NCBI GenBank assembly: GCA_043771825.1
Contig: JAYVGV010000034.1
Span: 9,475-73,474, forward strand
DNA length: 64,000 bases
From: Candidatus Altimarinota bacterium
GTDB lineage: Bacteria; Patescibacteriota; Gracilibacteria; BD1-5; UBA2023
Reading direction: 5' to 3'
Below the pieces are notes generated by a model that was given only the letters and a program-made list of their open reading frames with translations, made no database searches and was not told the DNA's origin. Position numbers and translations under genes: made by a program. Positions 11,096-22,747 of the stretch are shown piece after piece. Every line of letters begins with the position of its first letter. Within the stretch, counting starts at the first letter, position 1.

Positions 11096-12286
11096 ATGTA
11101 TCTGCTTATTGGCATATTCGCCATCATACCGCTTATCTTCTCTCATACTTTTGCGAGATTTTGAGCGGATTTTATTATCGATAACGGTATTGGGCATTTT
11201 GAATCTCTCAAGATGCATATTTTCCTTCTACTTCTCACCTTCGCATGAGTCGAGATGATGATACAAAAGTGGACTAAGTCGAAATCCTTCACCACAAAAA
11301 AATACCCAAAAATAGCTCTGTTCCTATCTATTCTCATCTTATTTATCGGCATAATTCTCTATCCTCACGAGACTCTTCGAGATCTCTTTTTTGGTATTTG
11401 AGAAAAACAACATGGTCTCCTCTTACCTCTTGGACTTATATGACTCGGGGTACTCCTCTCATTTTTAGAAAAATCCGAAATGAGAAAAATCTCTTATACT
11501 ATCGTCTTTGCCTGAAGCCTCGTAGCTCTCGTAGCTCTTATCGAGAGCATGGGGTACAATATATTTACCTGAAGTTCTTATGAAGTACAGTGAAACTGGT
11601 GAGAAGTACGCAGTACGAGTACCCTCGGAAATCCCAACTATGTCGCTTGATACCTCCTTATGATTCTCCCGATCCTTTTGGGAACGATAGAGTCTCGAAG
11701 CAAGTATATACTTTTTGTTCTTATAACTACTGGGATAGTCGCGACAAAAAGTATCATCGCTATGGGAATACTGTGAGGCTATATTCTCTTTCTTCTTGTA
11801 GAGAGGCTCTACCCGAAGAAAACCCTATCCATACTCCCTTCTATCATAGCAATCTTGTCCATCGGAGCTTATATATTTTATTATGGAACTGAAAAATGGC
11901 TTTCTCTGAGTTCGAGATTCATCCTCATGAAACATACGCTCATTGGAGGTTTTGATAGCCTTTCTTGAATCATTTTTTGAGATGGACCTGATGCGATCAT
12001 ACGGCTTTTCAGCTTAGAGCGTGCGGGAGAGATCGATGCATACTTCCCTCCGAATATGATCGTAGATTCATCGCATAATATTTTTATCGATTTTTTCAGT
12101 ATGTATGGACTTATAGGAGTAGGTATATCTATTACTTTTCTTATTAGTCGATGGAGATATCTTGATAGTACTACAAAACATGGACTCATCCTCTGACTTT
12201 CTTTTCTCAGTCTCAATGTATTTGTCATAGCACATATGATGCTTCTTGTATTTTTTCTTGAGCTTTTTAGGAAAGAGAAGATATAA
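11096..12286 (+). CDS. O-antigen ligase/Wzy-like polytopic membrane protein
   Basis: One frame is continuous for 396 aa under table 25, checked line by line. Motifs STLGNPNYVAGYLL and VDSSHNIFIDFFSMYGLIG. Confidence 0.7.
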
Positions 12287-12364
12287 ATATTACGAGGAGA
12301 TTTTTTGATTTTTTCAACTTTCTCCCTATAATAAAAATCGATTTTTATTATTAAATATTATCAC

Positions 12365-13678
12365 TTGGATCCCCAACAAATTCTTCTTTTTATTATATTG
12401 ATAGCTTTATCTGCATTTTTCTCAGGAACGGAAATAGCTTTTCTCAATACCTCGCGCCATAGTGTAAAGTGACTTATAAAAGAAAAACGATGGTGAGCAA
12501 AATCTCTGGAGATTGTAAAATCAGATATGGACAAACTGCTAATCACTGTAATGATAGGAAATAATCTTGTCAATGTAGCAGCTTCAGCACTATGAACTAT
12601 AGCAAGTATATCTCTTGCCAAGTCTCTCGCATTTCCAGATGAGTATGGTATATTGATCGCTACAGGGGTAGTCACCATGATCATACTTCTTTTTGCTGAT
12701 ATCACTCCTAAAACGATATGTGCTCGCTTTAGTACTCCTATTAGCCTGATGGTAGCACCTATATATCGAGTACTCATACCACTTTTTTACCCACTTGGAT
12801 ATTTTCTGAACCTTTTTGTGAAAATGGTAGCAAAGTTTATAGGGGCTGATCACTATAGTACCAAAATCAGCTATGCTGAAGTAGAAGCATTTATCGATAT
12901 GTCTCATTCAGAGGGGGAAGTCGCGGCAGATGAACGCAGACAGATCAAAAATCTCCTCTCTCTCGGTGAGACGACTGCTGACTCTGTCATGACGCCACGC
13001 GTGAATGTAGAGTTCATCTCACTCCATGATACGGTCGATGAGGTCTGTGAATTTCTGATGCTATCATCTCATTCTCGTGTCCCTGTCTGTGGTGAGACGA
13101 CGGATGATGTCGACTATGTGATCACATTTCGCGAAGCGTTCAAGCTTCAGAGAGAGGGTCATGGCAAAGCGAAGCTGAAGTCTCTCGCTCTCGAAAAGAT
13201 CATGAAAGTCCCACTCACTCAGCCACTCGATGATCTCTTCGAAAAGTTCCAGAAGTCTCGTCGTCATATCGCCCTCGTCCTCGATGAACACTGAGGGACT
13301 GCCTGAGTCGTGACGATGGAAGATGTCCTCGAGGAAGTATTCGGGGATATCAAGGACGAGAAAGATAAAGAAGAGATTTATATGCGTCGTATGAAGGGTG
13401 GGAAGATAGAGGCAGTAGGGACACTTCTCATGGATGATATACTCGAGGAGTATGATATACTAGCTGAAGACTATGGTATACCAGAAGAGTACCTCGGGGA
13501 ACCACTTTCTTATGTTATCATGGCTGTGGAAGAGGAATTCCCAGAAGTAGGAACAGAAGTACTCTTTGAGTGAAGTATGGGAAGTATCGTCCTTCGGGTG
13601 CTCGACGTCCATGATAATGTCATAGAAAAGATCGAATGCGAGAAATGCCACACTCCTCCAAAGAAAAATAAAAAATAA
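12365..13678 (+). CDS. CNNM/CorC-HlyC family transporter (DUF21-CBS-CorC_HlyC)
   Basis: DUF21 N-terminus (LSAFFSGTEIAFLN), a CBS pair (VMTPRVNVEF...HSRVPVC) and a C-terminal transporter-associated domain. TTG start assumed. 437 aa. Confidence 0.82.
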
Positions 13679-13680
13679 AA

Positions 13681-13710
13681 AAATCCTTCAATTTCTTGAA
13701 GGATTTTTTT
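13681..13710. terminator. bidirectional intrinsic terminator
   Basis: aaatccttcaa-tttc-ttgaaggattt with flanking A and T runs. Confidence 0.6.
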
Positions 13711-13731
13711 ATTACACTATATTTATACATA

Positions 13732-13929
13732 TTACACTTTCTTAGAGACTGCTCGATAGTATTCTCGGACGATTGCTTGTTCACGAATTTTTCTCTTCGA
13801 AAGATCACGAGTATGATTCTGAGAGTTCTTGAGCTTGTTTGCAGTGCGAGTCTGGAAGAATGATTTCTTATAACGCATAAGGAGTTTCTCAGAAGACTCA
13901 GATTCTTTACGGACGGCGAAGCAAATCAT
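13732..13929 (-). CDS. rpsU: 30S ribosomal protein S21
   Basis: 65-aa basic ORF (...LLMRYKKSFFQTRTANKLK...SKRKIREQAI) of S21 size and composition. Confidence 0.75.
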   Translation of the reverse strand: MICFAVRKESESSEKLLMRYKKSFFQTRTANKLKNSQNHTRDLSKRKIREQAIVREYYRAVSKKV

Positions 13930-14076
13930 GGGGAGATGGATAAGAATAGAAATTTCGTGCGAATTCTATAGGAAAAGGGAGTGAAGTCAAGTTTATTACA
14001 GTGATTAATTTTATAATTACAGCAATTAGGTTTACATCTTCCCTAATTGAAATATCGAGATAAGAAGTATACGCAT

Positions 14077-15564
14077 TTACGAGGTAAGCCCTAATTGTAT
14101 TAAGATACTCTGACGAATAAGATTGAGATTGAGTGCAATATACCTGAGAATTTCTATATCTTCCCTTGAAAGCCGAAGGGTTGTATTATTTTGGAAAAAA
14201 AGTACCTCTCATATTTCAGTCCGCTCAATTCCATAACTTCACCTTTGATCAATAGATTCACCTATACTATAAAGATCGCCTCCATACTCTGACTGTAAGG
14301 AGTCAGCTGTAATTTCTCCATCGAGATAAGAAGTAAGTACTCTCTCGGGATTTTCGATATCTGGAAATCTACTTTTCAGGGCTTGAATATACGCCTGAGA
14401 GAATTGTCTGTCACCATACCACTCGAGAATACCTACTATATCAAATATACGACATTCAAATGGAATATGTGGTCTCGAGAAGACTCTGCCAGGGGTAAAA
14501 ATATTATCTTCTACGCTAATATCAAAAGTGAGTAATGCCTCAGTAAGTCTAGCGTTATCAAAATCCTCTATGAGAAATGACTTTTCTTCGAGCTTGTCTA
14601 TACTTTTCTCAGTGCATACTATCCATCGAATGGGAACAAATATTTTTGCATGCGTCCCTGGAAGTTCGATAACCGATCATTCGATGATATTATTTTCATA
14701 TAGATCAATAGGGATACGGTAATGGTGTGTCCACGTTAAATACGAACCGACTATATTCAAAGATCCAAATCATTGCTCAAAAAGTTCGTATGCTTTGCAG
14801 ACTTGGTAAAATTTTCCTCCAAGAAACCCTATATATTCATTCATAAGTGATATTGCACGCTCTGCTTTATAGGCTCTATCTTTTTTAGATTTTTCAGACT
14901 GGTCATCATATGTGATTTTATTATCGATAATCTTCTGTATAAAGTTGTAATACAGAATCATATATCCTCACCCATCATTTTCGAATCATGGATCAGCCCA
15001 ACTGACTAGCCAGGGTGCATCATTATTTTGATCGCGAAATCATATTTCTTTCAGCCTATCGAGTAGAGTATCAAATTCAGGTCATCTCCTTTTCCACGGT
15101 CTATCTGGGTGGAATAAGTTCGTAAGACGAAGGTATTGCTTCCTTGCTTCTGGAAGTGATGCATCTTCCCCGATTCACAGTATTTCATGTGCTTTCTTTC
15201 ATCCAAATATATGCACATCGTACACTTTCTGATCTACCACTTGTATTGCAACTCCAGAGAGCCCTCGTCATTCAGCATCTCAAGAAAGACTTCCCTCATC
15301 TGATGGAGTAGTATGTCCTGGAATAAAATCAGGGTCGCAACCACTCGCAAAATGAGTATCCATAAGTTTCAATACTCGTCATCGACTCCCATCGGTTACT
15401 GAGAATACTCATCCGACATCAATTGTTGATAATGATCCATGTCTTCTATATTCAGGGGCGATTCTTTCTTGAGTCCTATGGCATACTCCTTCAAGGTATT
15501 GAACATGCGATCAATCTTCTCATGGTTCATCGGCAAATTCGAATGATGGTATTTCATCGTACAT
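14077..15564 (-). CDS. J-domain (DnaJ-like) protein with uncharacterised C-terminal region
   Basis: KKAHEILGIGEDASLPEARKQYLRLTNLFHPDRP carries the HPD motif. The frame matches track ORF 14770-14961. A conservative start is ATG 15363 (428 aa). The upstream in-frame ATG 15564 (495 aa) is preferred on first-position G content. Confidence 0.6.
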
Positions 15565-15573
15565 ATAATCATG

Positions 15574-15601
15574 AATATACCAACATATTAAAATATGTCA
15601 A
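15574..15601 (-). promoter_or_regulatory. sigma70-like promoter of the J-domain gene
   Basis: Minus strand reads TTGACA, 16-nt spacer, TATATT. The -10 ends 10 nt before ATG 15564, so the leader is very short or absent. Confidence 0.4.
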
Positions 15602-15630
15602 AAAAATCTCCTACCATTATAGCAGGAGAT
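15600..15630 (-). terminator. intrinsic terminator of typA
   Basis: Stem atctcct/aggagat followed by a T-run on the minus strand. Confidence 0.55.
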
Positions 15631-15646
15631 TCGATTTGTACAGATA

Positions 15647-17455
15647 TTATTTCCCTCCTCTCTTTCTCTCTCCTTCTGTGAGCCACTTCTTGCGAAGGCG
15701 CAGAGACAGTGGAGTGACTTCGACGAGCTCATCTTCTGCGATATAGTCGAGACAGTCTTCGAGTGTCATCTTGCGGATCGGAGTGAGGCGGATCGCTTCG
15801 TCTGTTCCAGAAGCTCGCATATTCGTGAGTTGCTTGTTCTTCGTCGCATTCACGACGAGATCTCCTCCCTTCAGGTGTTCCCCGATGATCATCCCTTCGT
15901 AGAGTTCGACTGCTGGGTCGATGAGGATCGGTCCTCGCTCTTCGAGTTTCCAGAGAGAGTATGCCATAGAGAGTCCTGGAGTACCAGAGATCATGGATCC
16001 GACATCACGCTTCTCGATCGCTCCACGAAACTCGTCATAGTGAGAGAAGGACGAATAGATAATACCCTCTCCCTTCGTCTCGATCACGAATCGTGAGCGG
16101 AACCCGAGAAGTCCACGAGTCGGTACTTCGAATTCCATATTCACAATACCATTGACTGTATTCATATTCTTACAGATTCCTTTACGCTTTCCGAGCATCT
16201 CGAAGATCGTACCAGAGCGGTCCTCTGGGACCCACATCACGACATTTTCGATCGGCTCATGTTTTTTTCCAGCGACTTCATGGAAGATGACCTGAGGACA
16301 TCCGACCTGAAGCTCGAATCCTTCACGGCGCATTGTTTCTACCAGTACAGAAAGGTGGAGTTCTCCACGACCAGAAACATTATAGCTATTGCCATCGGAG
16401 TTCTCGAAGTCGATCGCGAGACCTACGTTCATCTCCATTTCTTTTTCGAGACGTTCTCGAATCTGACGAGATGTGACGAACTTTCCTTCCTTTCCAGCGA
16501 ATGGAGAATCATTGACCATGAATTCCATCTTCAGAGTCGGAGCATCGACCGTGATTGCTGGCATAGCAGCGACATTGGCATCGGTAGATACTGTCTCACC
16601 AACATAGATATCTGGGATACCAGCGATCGTAATGATATCTCCTGCCTCTCCTTCATCGACTTCGATCTTCTTGAGCCCGAGAGATGTATAGATCTTGGAT
16701 ATTTTTCCACTTCGGCGAGTTCCGTCATTTCCGACGATCGTGACCGTCTGTCCGACTTTCGCTTTTCCTTCGTAGACACGTCCGACACCCATACGTCCGA
16801 CATAGTTGTCATAGGCAAGATTGGCGATTTGCATCTTGAATGGCTTTGCGGTATCATTCGCTGACTCAGCGACTTGCTCGAGGATCGTGTCAAAGAGTGG
16901 GTAGATATTCACGCGCTCGTCTTTCATATCTCGGATAGCGATACCCTCACGAGCGATAGCATAGACGATACGTCCGTCGGTGATATCGAGTTGCTCATCT
17001 GTCGCACCAAGCTGGACAAAGAGATCGAAGAGCATATCGACGACGGCTTCTGGTTGAGCGGTAGGCTTGTCGATCTTATTGATGACGACGATAGGCTTGA
17101 GACCAAGTTCGAGAGCTTTCTTCAGGACAAATTTCGTCTGTGGCATAGGACCCTCATACGCATCGACCACGAGACATACTGAGTCGACCATACGGAGTAC
17201 GCGTTCGACTTCAGATCCGAAGTCCGCATGCCCTGGAGTGTCGACGATATTGATCTTCACGTCTTTGTACATGACGGCAGTGTTCTTCGCGTAGATGGTG
17301 ATACCACGCTCTTTTTCTTGGTCATTGGAATCCATGACACAGATATCGACTTGCTCGTGAGCTGCGAAGGTACCTGACTGGCGGAGGAGGGCATCGACGA
17401 GAGTCGTCTTACCGTGATCTACGTGGGCGATGATCGCAATATTTCGGTATTTCAT
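15647..17455 (-). CDS. typA: translational GTPase TypA/BipA
   Basis: [32 protein letters not shown] and NKID motifs. I start at the conserved Met (17455), not the track's upstream Met at 17587. No in-frame TGA. Confidence 0.93.
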   Translation of the reverse strand: MKYRNIAIIAHVDHGKTTLVDALLRQSGTFAAHEQVDICVMDSNDQEKERGITIYAKNTAVMYKDVKINIVDTPGHADFGSEVERVLRMVDSVCLVVDAYEGPMPQTKFVLKKALELGLKPIVVINKIDKPTAQPEAVVDMLFDLFVQLGATDEQLDITDGRIVYAIAREGIAIRDMKDERVNIYPLFDTILEQVAESANDTAKPFKMQIANLAYDNYVGRMGVGRVYEGKAKVGQTVTIVGNDGTRRSGKISKIYTSLGLKKIEVDEGEAGDIITIAGIPDIYVGETVSTDANVAAMPAITVDAPTLKMEFMVNDSPFAGKEGKFVTSRQIRERLEKEMEMNVGLAIDFENSDGNSYNVSGRGELHLSVLVETMRREGFELQVGCPQVIFHEVAGKKHEPIENVVMWVPEDRSGTIFEMLGKRKGICKNMNTVNGIVNMEFEVPTRGLLGFRSRFVIETKGEGIIYSSFSHYDEFRGAIEKRDVGSMISGTPGLSMAYSLWKLEERGPILIDPAVELYEGMIIGEHLKGGDLVVNATKNKQLTNMRASGTDEAIRLTPIRKMTLEDCLDYIAEDELVEVTPLSLRLRKKWLTEGERKRGGK

Positions 17456-17659
17456 AATATCTAGGGAGTGAGAAAAGTAATGCTTGCATTCTTTTTGAAG
17501 AGAATGTCGAATTAAGAGACCGAAGATCTCATAATCGAAAAAATGAGAGGAAAATAAAATTCGCTCGGAGTATACAGAGAAAAGCAAAAAAGCAAATCAA
17601 AATATGTATTTAAGTTACTTTAATTTAAATTGTCAATGCATTCGATATAAAAATAGGTA

Positions 17660-17688
17660 TTGACTTCCATAAAATAGAGGGAATAATT
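17660..17688 (+). promoter_or_regulatory. candidate promoter of the giant-protein operon
   Basis: TTGACT, 17-nt spacer, ATAATT. An in-frame ATG at 17696 lies about where transcription would start. Confidence 0.35.
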
Positions 17689-17803
17689 TGATTAAATGTC
17701 TATTTTGCATATAATTTTCTGAAATATCTCGAAAACTCTCAGAAATATTTGCCAAAAAAATGGAAATAGTGTAGGGTGAAAGAGTAATATAACATCTCTT
17801 TTT

Positions 17804-20800
17804 ATGTCATTTTTTGATCGCCCGAATAAGTTCATCATCCAAACCGCTGTAGAAATGGGTATAGATAACGCGAAAAACTCCCGAAACCTCAATCAAGAAG
17901 AAATCAAAGATGAGTATGAAAAGGCTAAAAAAGCTCTACAAAAATGAGGTGAGTCGGAAGAAATCACCACTCTCTATACTAAGTTTATAGTCTTATATGA
18001 AGCAAACCTGAAAACGTCTATCCAGGCTACAGCTATCCTCAAAGATGAGCTCACATGGAAACATCTCGGAGACCTCCATGAAGCAGTAAAGAATGGGGGG
18101 AAAGGACTGAGCCTTACGGATATCGAATGACTCAATCAATTTGCCCTTGCAGAACATGGACGACAAGATCGATTTGATTCACAGAGAGATGATGTTACGG
18201 TAACTCTTCTCAAAGATTGGTTTCGTATATATGAAACGCTCAAACAAAAGAGTACCGAATCTATGAAGGTATCCTATAAAGATGCTTTGCGAGTAGCATT
18301 TCTCACAGCAAGTACGGTTCCATTCACTTTTCGATATAGTGAAAGAGATACTATTCTCGAACTTTTTGTCACTCTCAAAGATAATAAGATCCTCATAGGA
18401 TCGAAAGAACATACACTCATTGGTGAGAAGATCAAAATCGAAAAAATCAGTATGGATAGAGAGAATTTTTATATTCCATTTCGTATTGAGGGGAGGGATA
18501 TGACGTACAGTGAACCCTTAAAGAAGCAGGAATTCCTCGATAAATACTTACAAGATATCCTCGACGGCAAAGATATCCGTATACAGTGACACCTTGTCCA
18601 TATCTCTCGCACTGGTGAGCTCATCCCTCGGGTGATAGCAACTCAGACGGTAGCCCAGACTCTACCATGAAAACTGCCAAAGTGAATACAGCTACAAGCC
18701 CCGATCGAACTCAAGTGGTCACTCGAAGCATATGCAGGGTGGAACAAGCAAGAACTCGGAAAGGTCGGGAAAACTCTGAAAAATCTTCAAGAAGAACTTA
18801 AGAAACTTTGACACTATAATTGAGATATTAGTGGCATATTCGATATTGCGACGCTTAGCTCTGTGATATCATTCCAAAAAGCGAAAAAACTCACTCGTAT
18901 AGATGGACTTGTCGGGGTCGAGGAGACGATCCCAGCTCTCTTCAATACACCACCAAAACCAAATGATTTAGTACCGATAGCTCCTCTCACATGAGATACA
19001 GATACACCCCTTCCAAATCCTGTACCAGCAGCAAGCCCAGCTCCGCTACTCTGAACTCGAAGAGCCCCATGAGTACCGACAGCTCCTCGATGAGCTGAAC
19101 ATGAGTCACTAAAATCACCTGGTATTCACGAGTTTTCCGATGCACTTATATCATTTCGTAAGATCATCCAAGCACATGATGAAAAGGTAAGTGGAAAAGG
19201 TGTAGAGAGGTTTAAAAGGCTCCTCCCTACAAGTGAAAGTACTGTCAAGATCTGAGGAGAGGTCATCGAGTGAGCCTATCAGAGAATACAAGCAATTGCT
19301 TCAAAAATCGATCCTCAGAAACTCTGAGCAAAAGACCGTGCGATGTATGATGAGTGTCTGCTCGAAGTTGCTCGTTACTATGCGGATGAGCATAGCATTT
19401 ATGCGAGTGTCGGGGTCGAAAATCGCCACTGGAAAAACTATCCTCGCTCTCTTGAACTTACAGGATGAGTACTCAGAAATCTTTTTGTGAAAGAAAGTAT
19501 CGTGATCGATCCCCCTCCGACAGATGCATTTATCCGTACTAAAATGATGAGTATTGATCCCGAAACTGCTAAAAAGTTCGATGCACTCTATGGAAAGTGA
19601 TATAGTTTTAGAGAGATTATGAGTAATCCTACGCTTAATGGTGCGTGGGACACAATTCGTGAGAAAGTCCTCGGGGATTATGAGAAGAAACTTCAAAAAA
19701 CTCTCTCTAATGCAAATGATCGATACAAAAATGGCACACTTCTTATCCCTGATCCACCCCAGAAAAAAGCTTTTGACCTGATGGTAGATGTCATGTGAGC
19801 ATGAGGATTCTGGGATGCAAAAGCGGAAGATAGGGACAAAAGATTCAATATTGCTATTATTGCTGGATCGGCTCTTGCAGGTACAGTGGTAGCTCTTGCT
19901 ACAGCTCCTGTGACACTTCCAGGCATGGCAGGAGCAGCGCTCCTCTGAGGAGGTATTACGACAGTAGGCTCTATAGTTTCAAAATGAAAGATTGCTGATG
20001 GGCTCCAGTGAGCTCAAGATACAGGATTTGAGCTTTTTCTTAATACTGCCACTTTCTGAGCTGGATGACTGATTGCGCGTGCAGGAGTAGGAGCTTGGTG
20101 AAATGCGAGTCTTATCACTTCTAAATACTCAGAGATAGCAGCAAAGTCAGGTATAGCCTTATCTGAATGAACCGCTGGGATGATGCTCTGAGCTGGTATA
20201 GAAAAGACAAGGGCACAGTATGAAGGTGTCGGTCTCTCGTGGACAGAGTCGATGTCGAACAATTTTTGGTGGGCATTTCTCCCTCTTACCATCCAATATA
20301 GATGAGTATTCAAGGCTCAATCTCTAACTCTCGCAAATAGAGTAAATAATAACGCTGAAAGGGCTCAAGTATCAGGCTCTACACAAGCCGTACAATCAGA
20401 GAGTCGAGCCATCGCAGCTGAAGCGGAGTCACTCAGTGCGAAGGTACAGGCAGAACAAAAAGCTGTCTGAGTACAACCAGCACCTACGAAAGGAGCAAAT
20501 ACACCAGAAGCTCCCACACCGAAATCCACGCCAAAACCTACCGAAACTCCCGTGTCCTATGATGTAGGAAATGGGTATACGCTCGAATCAAGAGCGGGAA
20601 ATACATTCATCGTTCTCAAAGATGGAGTATCACAATTTGGAAAACCGAAGACTCTCGCTGAAGTAGAACAATTTCTGTCTACATCACACAATACTGTCGT
20701 TCCTGATGCCATAAAAGCTCAGATAGCAGCAAGGCCTGCGAATGCACCAGTATCGACTCCTGAAGGACTAGCACCCGCTGGAGTTGCAGCTCCGAGACCA

Positions 20801-22009
20801 GCTCCAGATAGCACTTCTCAGCCTTCCAGTGGAAGTCATGGGGATCATGCCACTGGCACAAGTCACACACAGAGAAGTACCGTACAGGAGTGAGGCAGTA
20901 TCGATATATCTCACCTTCATACGATAATCGACTGAAAGTTTAAGGCACTAAAAGAATGACCCCCCACAGAAATCTGAGACCTTTCAGTCTCTCGACAAGC
21001 AGATGGGAAAATCCGAGTGAAAGGAAAAGACATCGACTATATCACTACAGAAAAAGATGCAAAACAGAGAATATCTACTCATATACAAGCATCACAGGAG
21101 CACTATGACTCGCTCCTAAAAGGATCTATAAAGTCGAGCTTAGATCATTGGCCAAAAGGAAAACAAGCAAAACTCACTCATGAGTGAGCTGAATATAGTC
21201 TGAGTAGACCAAAAGAGTGAGGAGATATAATAGTGACTGATAAAAATGGAAATGTCATATCAGGAGATCTTGCTGATGCGATATTCGCATCGAATGCCCA
21301 AAGGATTCTAAAAACCAAAGTAGATTCTTTCCTCGAAAAACATGGTCATGAGAAAGCATTTACCAAAGTTTGACCTGATGCATTCGCATTCAAGTGATGG
21401 CAAGAATGGAACGGAAACTGGAAATGGTATAATGTCCCTATAAAGCTTGCATCTGGATGAGCACGGTGACTCTCTACGATCACTCTCAAAGAGCTCATGC
21501 AGCCACTAAAATCATGAAAGGCAGTATGGGATACATTCACGACTCCAGGATCTCCTCTTGCTGTAGGGAATAACGCACTGAAAGCTATAGTACTTCGAGA
21601 CATACAGCAAGAGTGGAGTATAGGATGAGTAGGAAAGGCTGTCGTAGGACGATGAGTGATGCTATCAGCAGTACCTCTGATGACGTATGCTCCGATGCAT
21701 AAAGATGAGAATGGTAGGATGCAAAATAACCTCAAGCCCGACGAACTTCTCGAAAGTATGGCATACTTATTCTACGGATGACTCATCTGGTGATCTGTCG
21801 CTTCTCACCTGTTTACCGAGAGTCAGCCTCTCACTTGGGAATATTGATCATGAACTCCATGAGCCGAAGTACCACACCCAATACCTACAAAAGTTCCAGC
21901 TCGGACTTCTCCTCATTCCGATCAATGAGATTGAGAACTTCCACCAAGTAAGGTACAGCCAGGAGAAACACGGATAGATCCTATAAGTGATATAAAAACT
22001 CCACAGTAA
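17804..22009 (+). CDS. giant envelope protein 1 (1401 aa), no recognised family
   Basis: Single frame with no TAA/TAG, checked line by line. It includes track ORFs 18263-18589 and 20552-20893 and about 48 in-frame TGA by hand count. Features are a PG_binding_1-like motif, Pro/Thr linkers and Gly/Ala-rich hydrophobic helices. Alternative start at 17696. Confidence 0.72.
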
Positions 22010-22018
22010 TTTTGAGCT

Positions 22019-22732
22019 ATGAATCTTAGAAAACCACTTACATGAGGAGTATTTGCAATGCTTACAATGATCTCACCTTGAATCGAGGCACATCCTGATG
22101 TGAAGGCATTTGTCCGGACAACTATAACCCGTAACTGAGTGACCGAAGTTATGACTTCTCAGAGTTTCTGTAATTTTTCTTTAGTGGAAATCGATGGTCA
22201 TGCTAAATTCATGACAGCTCGGCACTGTGTCGATAACTCAGTCAAGTCTTCAGATCCGCATGATATCATTTTGCTGGATCAGCTTCCTCCTCGATCAAGG
22301 AGTGAAGATATCACAGATGCTCATATCCACACGGTTTCCCCCTATATGGGGAGAGAAATATCAGGAAAGACTCTCACAATCAAAGGATTCCTCCCGACAT
22401 CACAAGATCACAGTGTCAGAAAAATGTATACCATTCGAGGAAAATCTCGCTATAATACACAAACAGGTAATGTAGATATGGTCATCGCAAAAGCAGACTT
22501 CGAGAACATGCTTCAGTCTGTCGGACGTGAATGTCGAATGGGCAACTACTACCGCTCAGGGATGAGTGGGGGTGTCGTCCTCGACGATCAAGGTCGAGCA
22601 TTTGGAGTCATCTCGAAAAACGAAATTATATGTGCAAGGGATCAAAATCTTCCGATCATCTGGGTTAATGATAAAAAAACTACTTATAGTATAGTGATTG
22701 CACCTCTCCAAGATTTTCTCCAGAAAAAATAA
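22019..22732 (+). CDS. secreted trypsin-like (S1/PF13365-type) serine protease
   Basis: N-terminal hydrophobic signal-like segment. Triad context is TARHC (His), HDIILLD (Asp) and GMSGGVV (Ser). Starts 9 nt after the ORF1 stop. 237 aa. Confidence 0.78.
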
Positions 22733-22747
22733 ATAACCTTTCCTCCT

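Noticed and set aside
15396-15572. A separate 53-58 aa ORF (MKYHHSNLPMNHEKIDRMF...) upstream of the J-domain gene.
   Set aside because: It overlaps the in-frame N-terminal extension of the J-domain ORF, which has more coding-like first-position G content, and ATG 15572 would lie upstream of the predicted transcription start. This is not excluded, so it is flagged in the finding.
15647-17587. The track's N-terminal extensions of typA (to 17587), the S-layer gene (to 55790) and rpmE (to 47052).
   Set aside because: Conserved N-termini ([17 protein letters not shown], the signal peptide MSNFLTK... and MKKNIHP) begin at internal Mets. The rpmE extension runs into tRNA-Leu.
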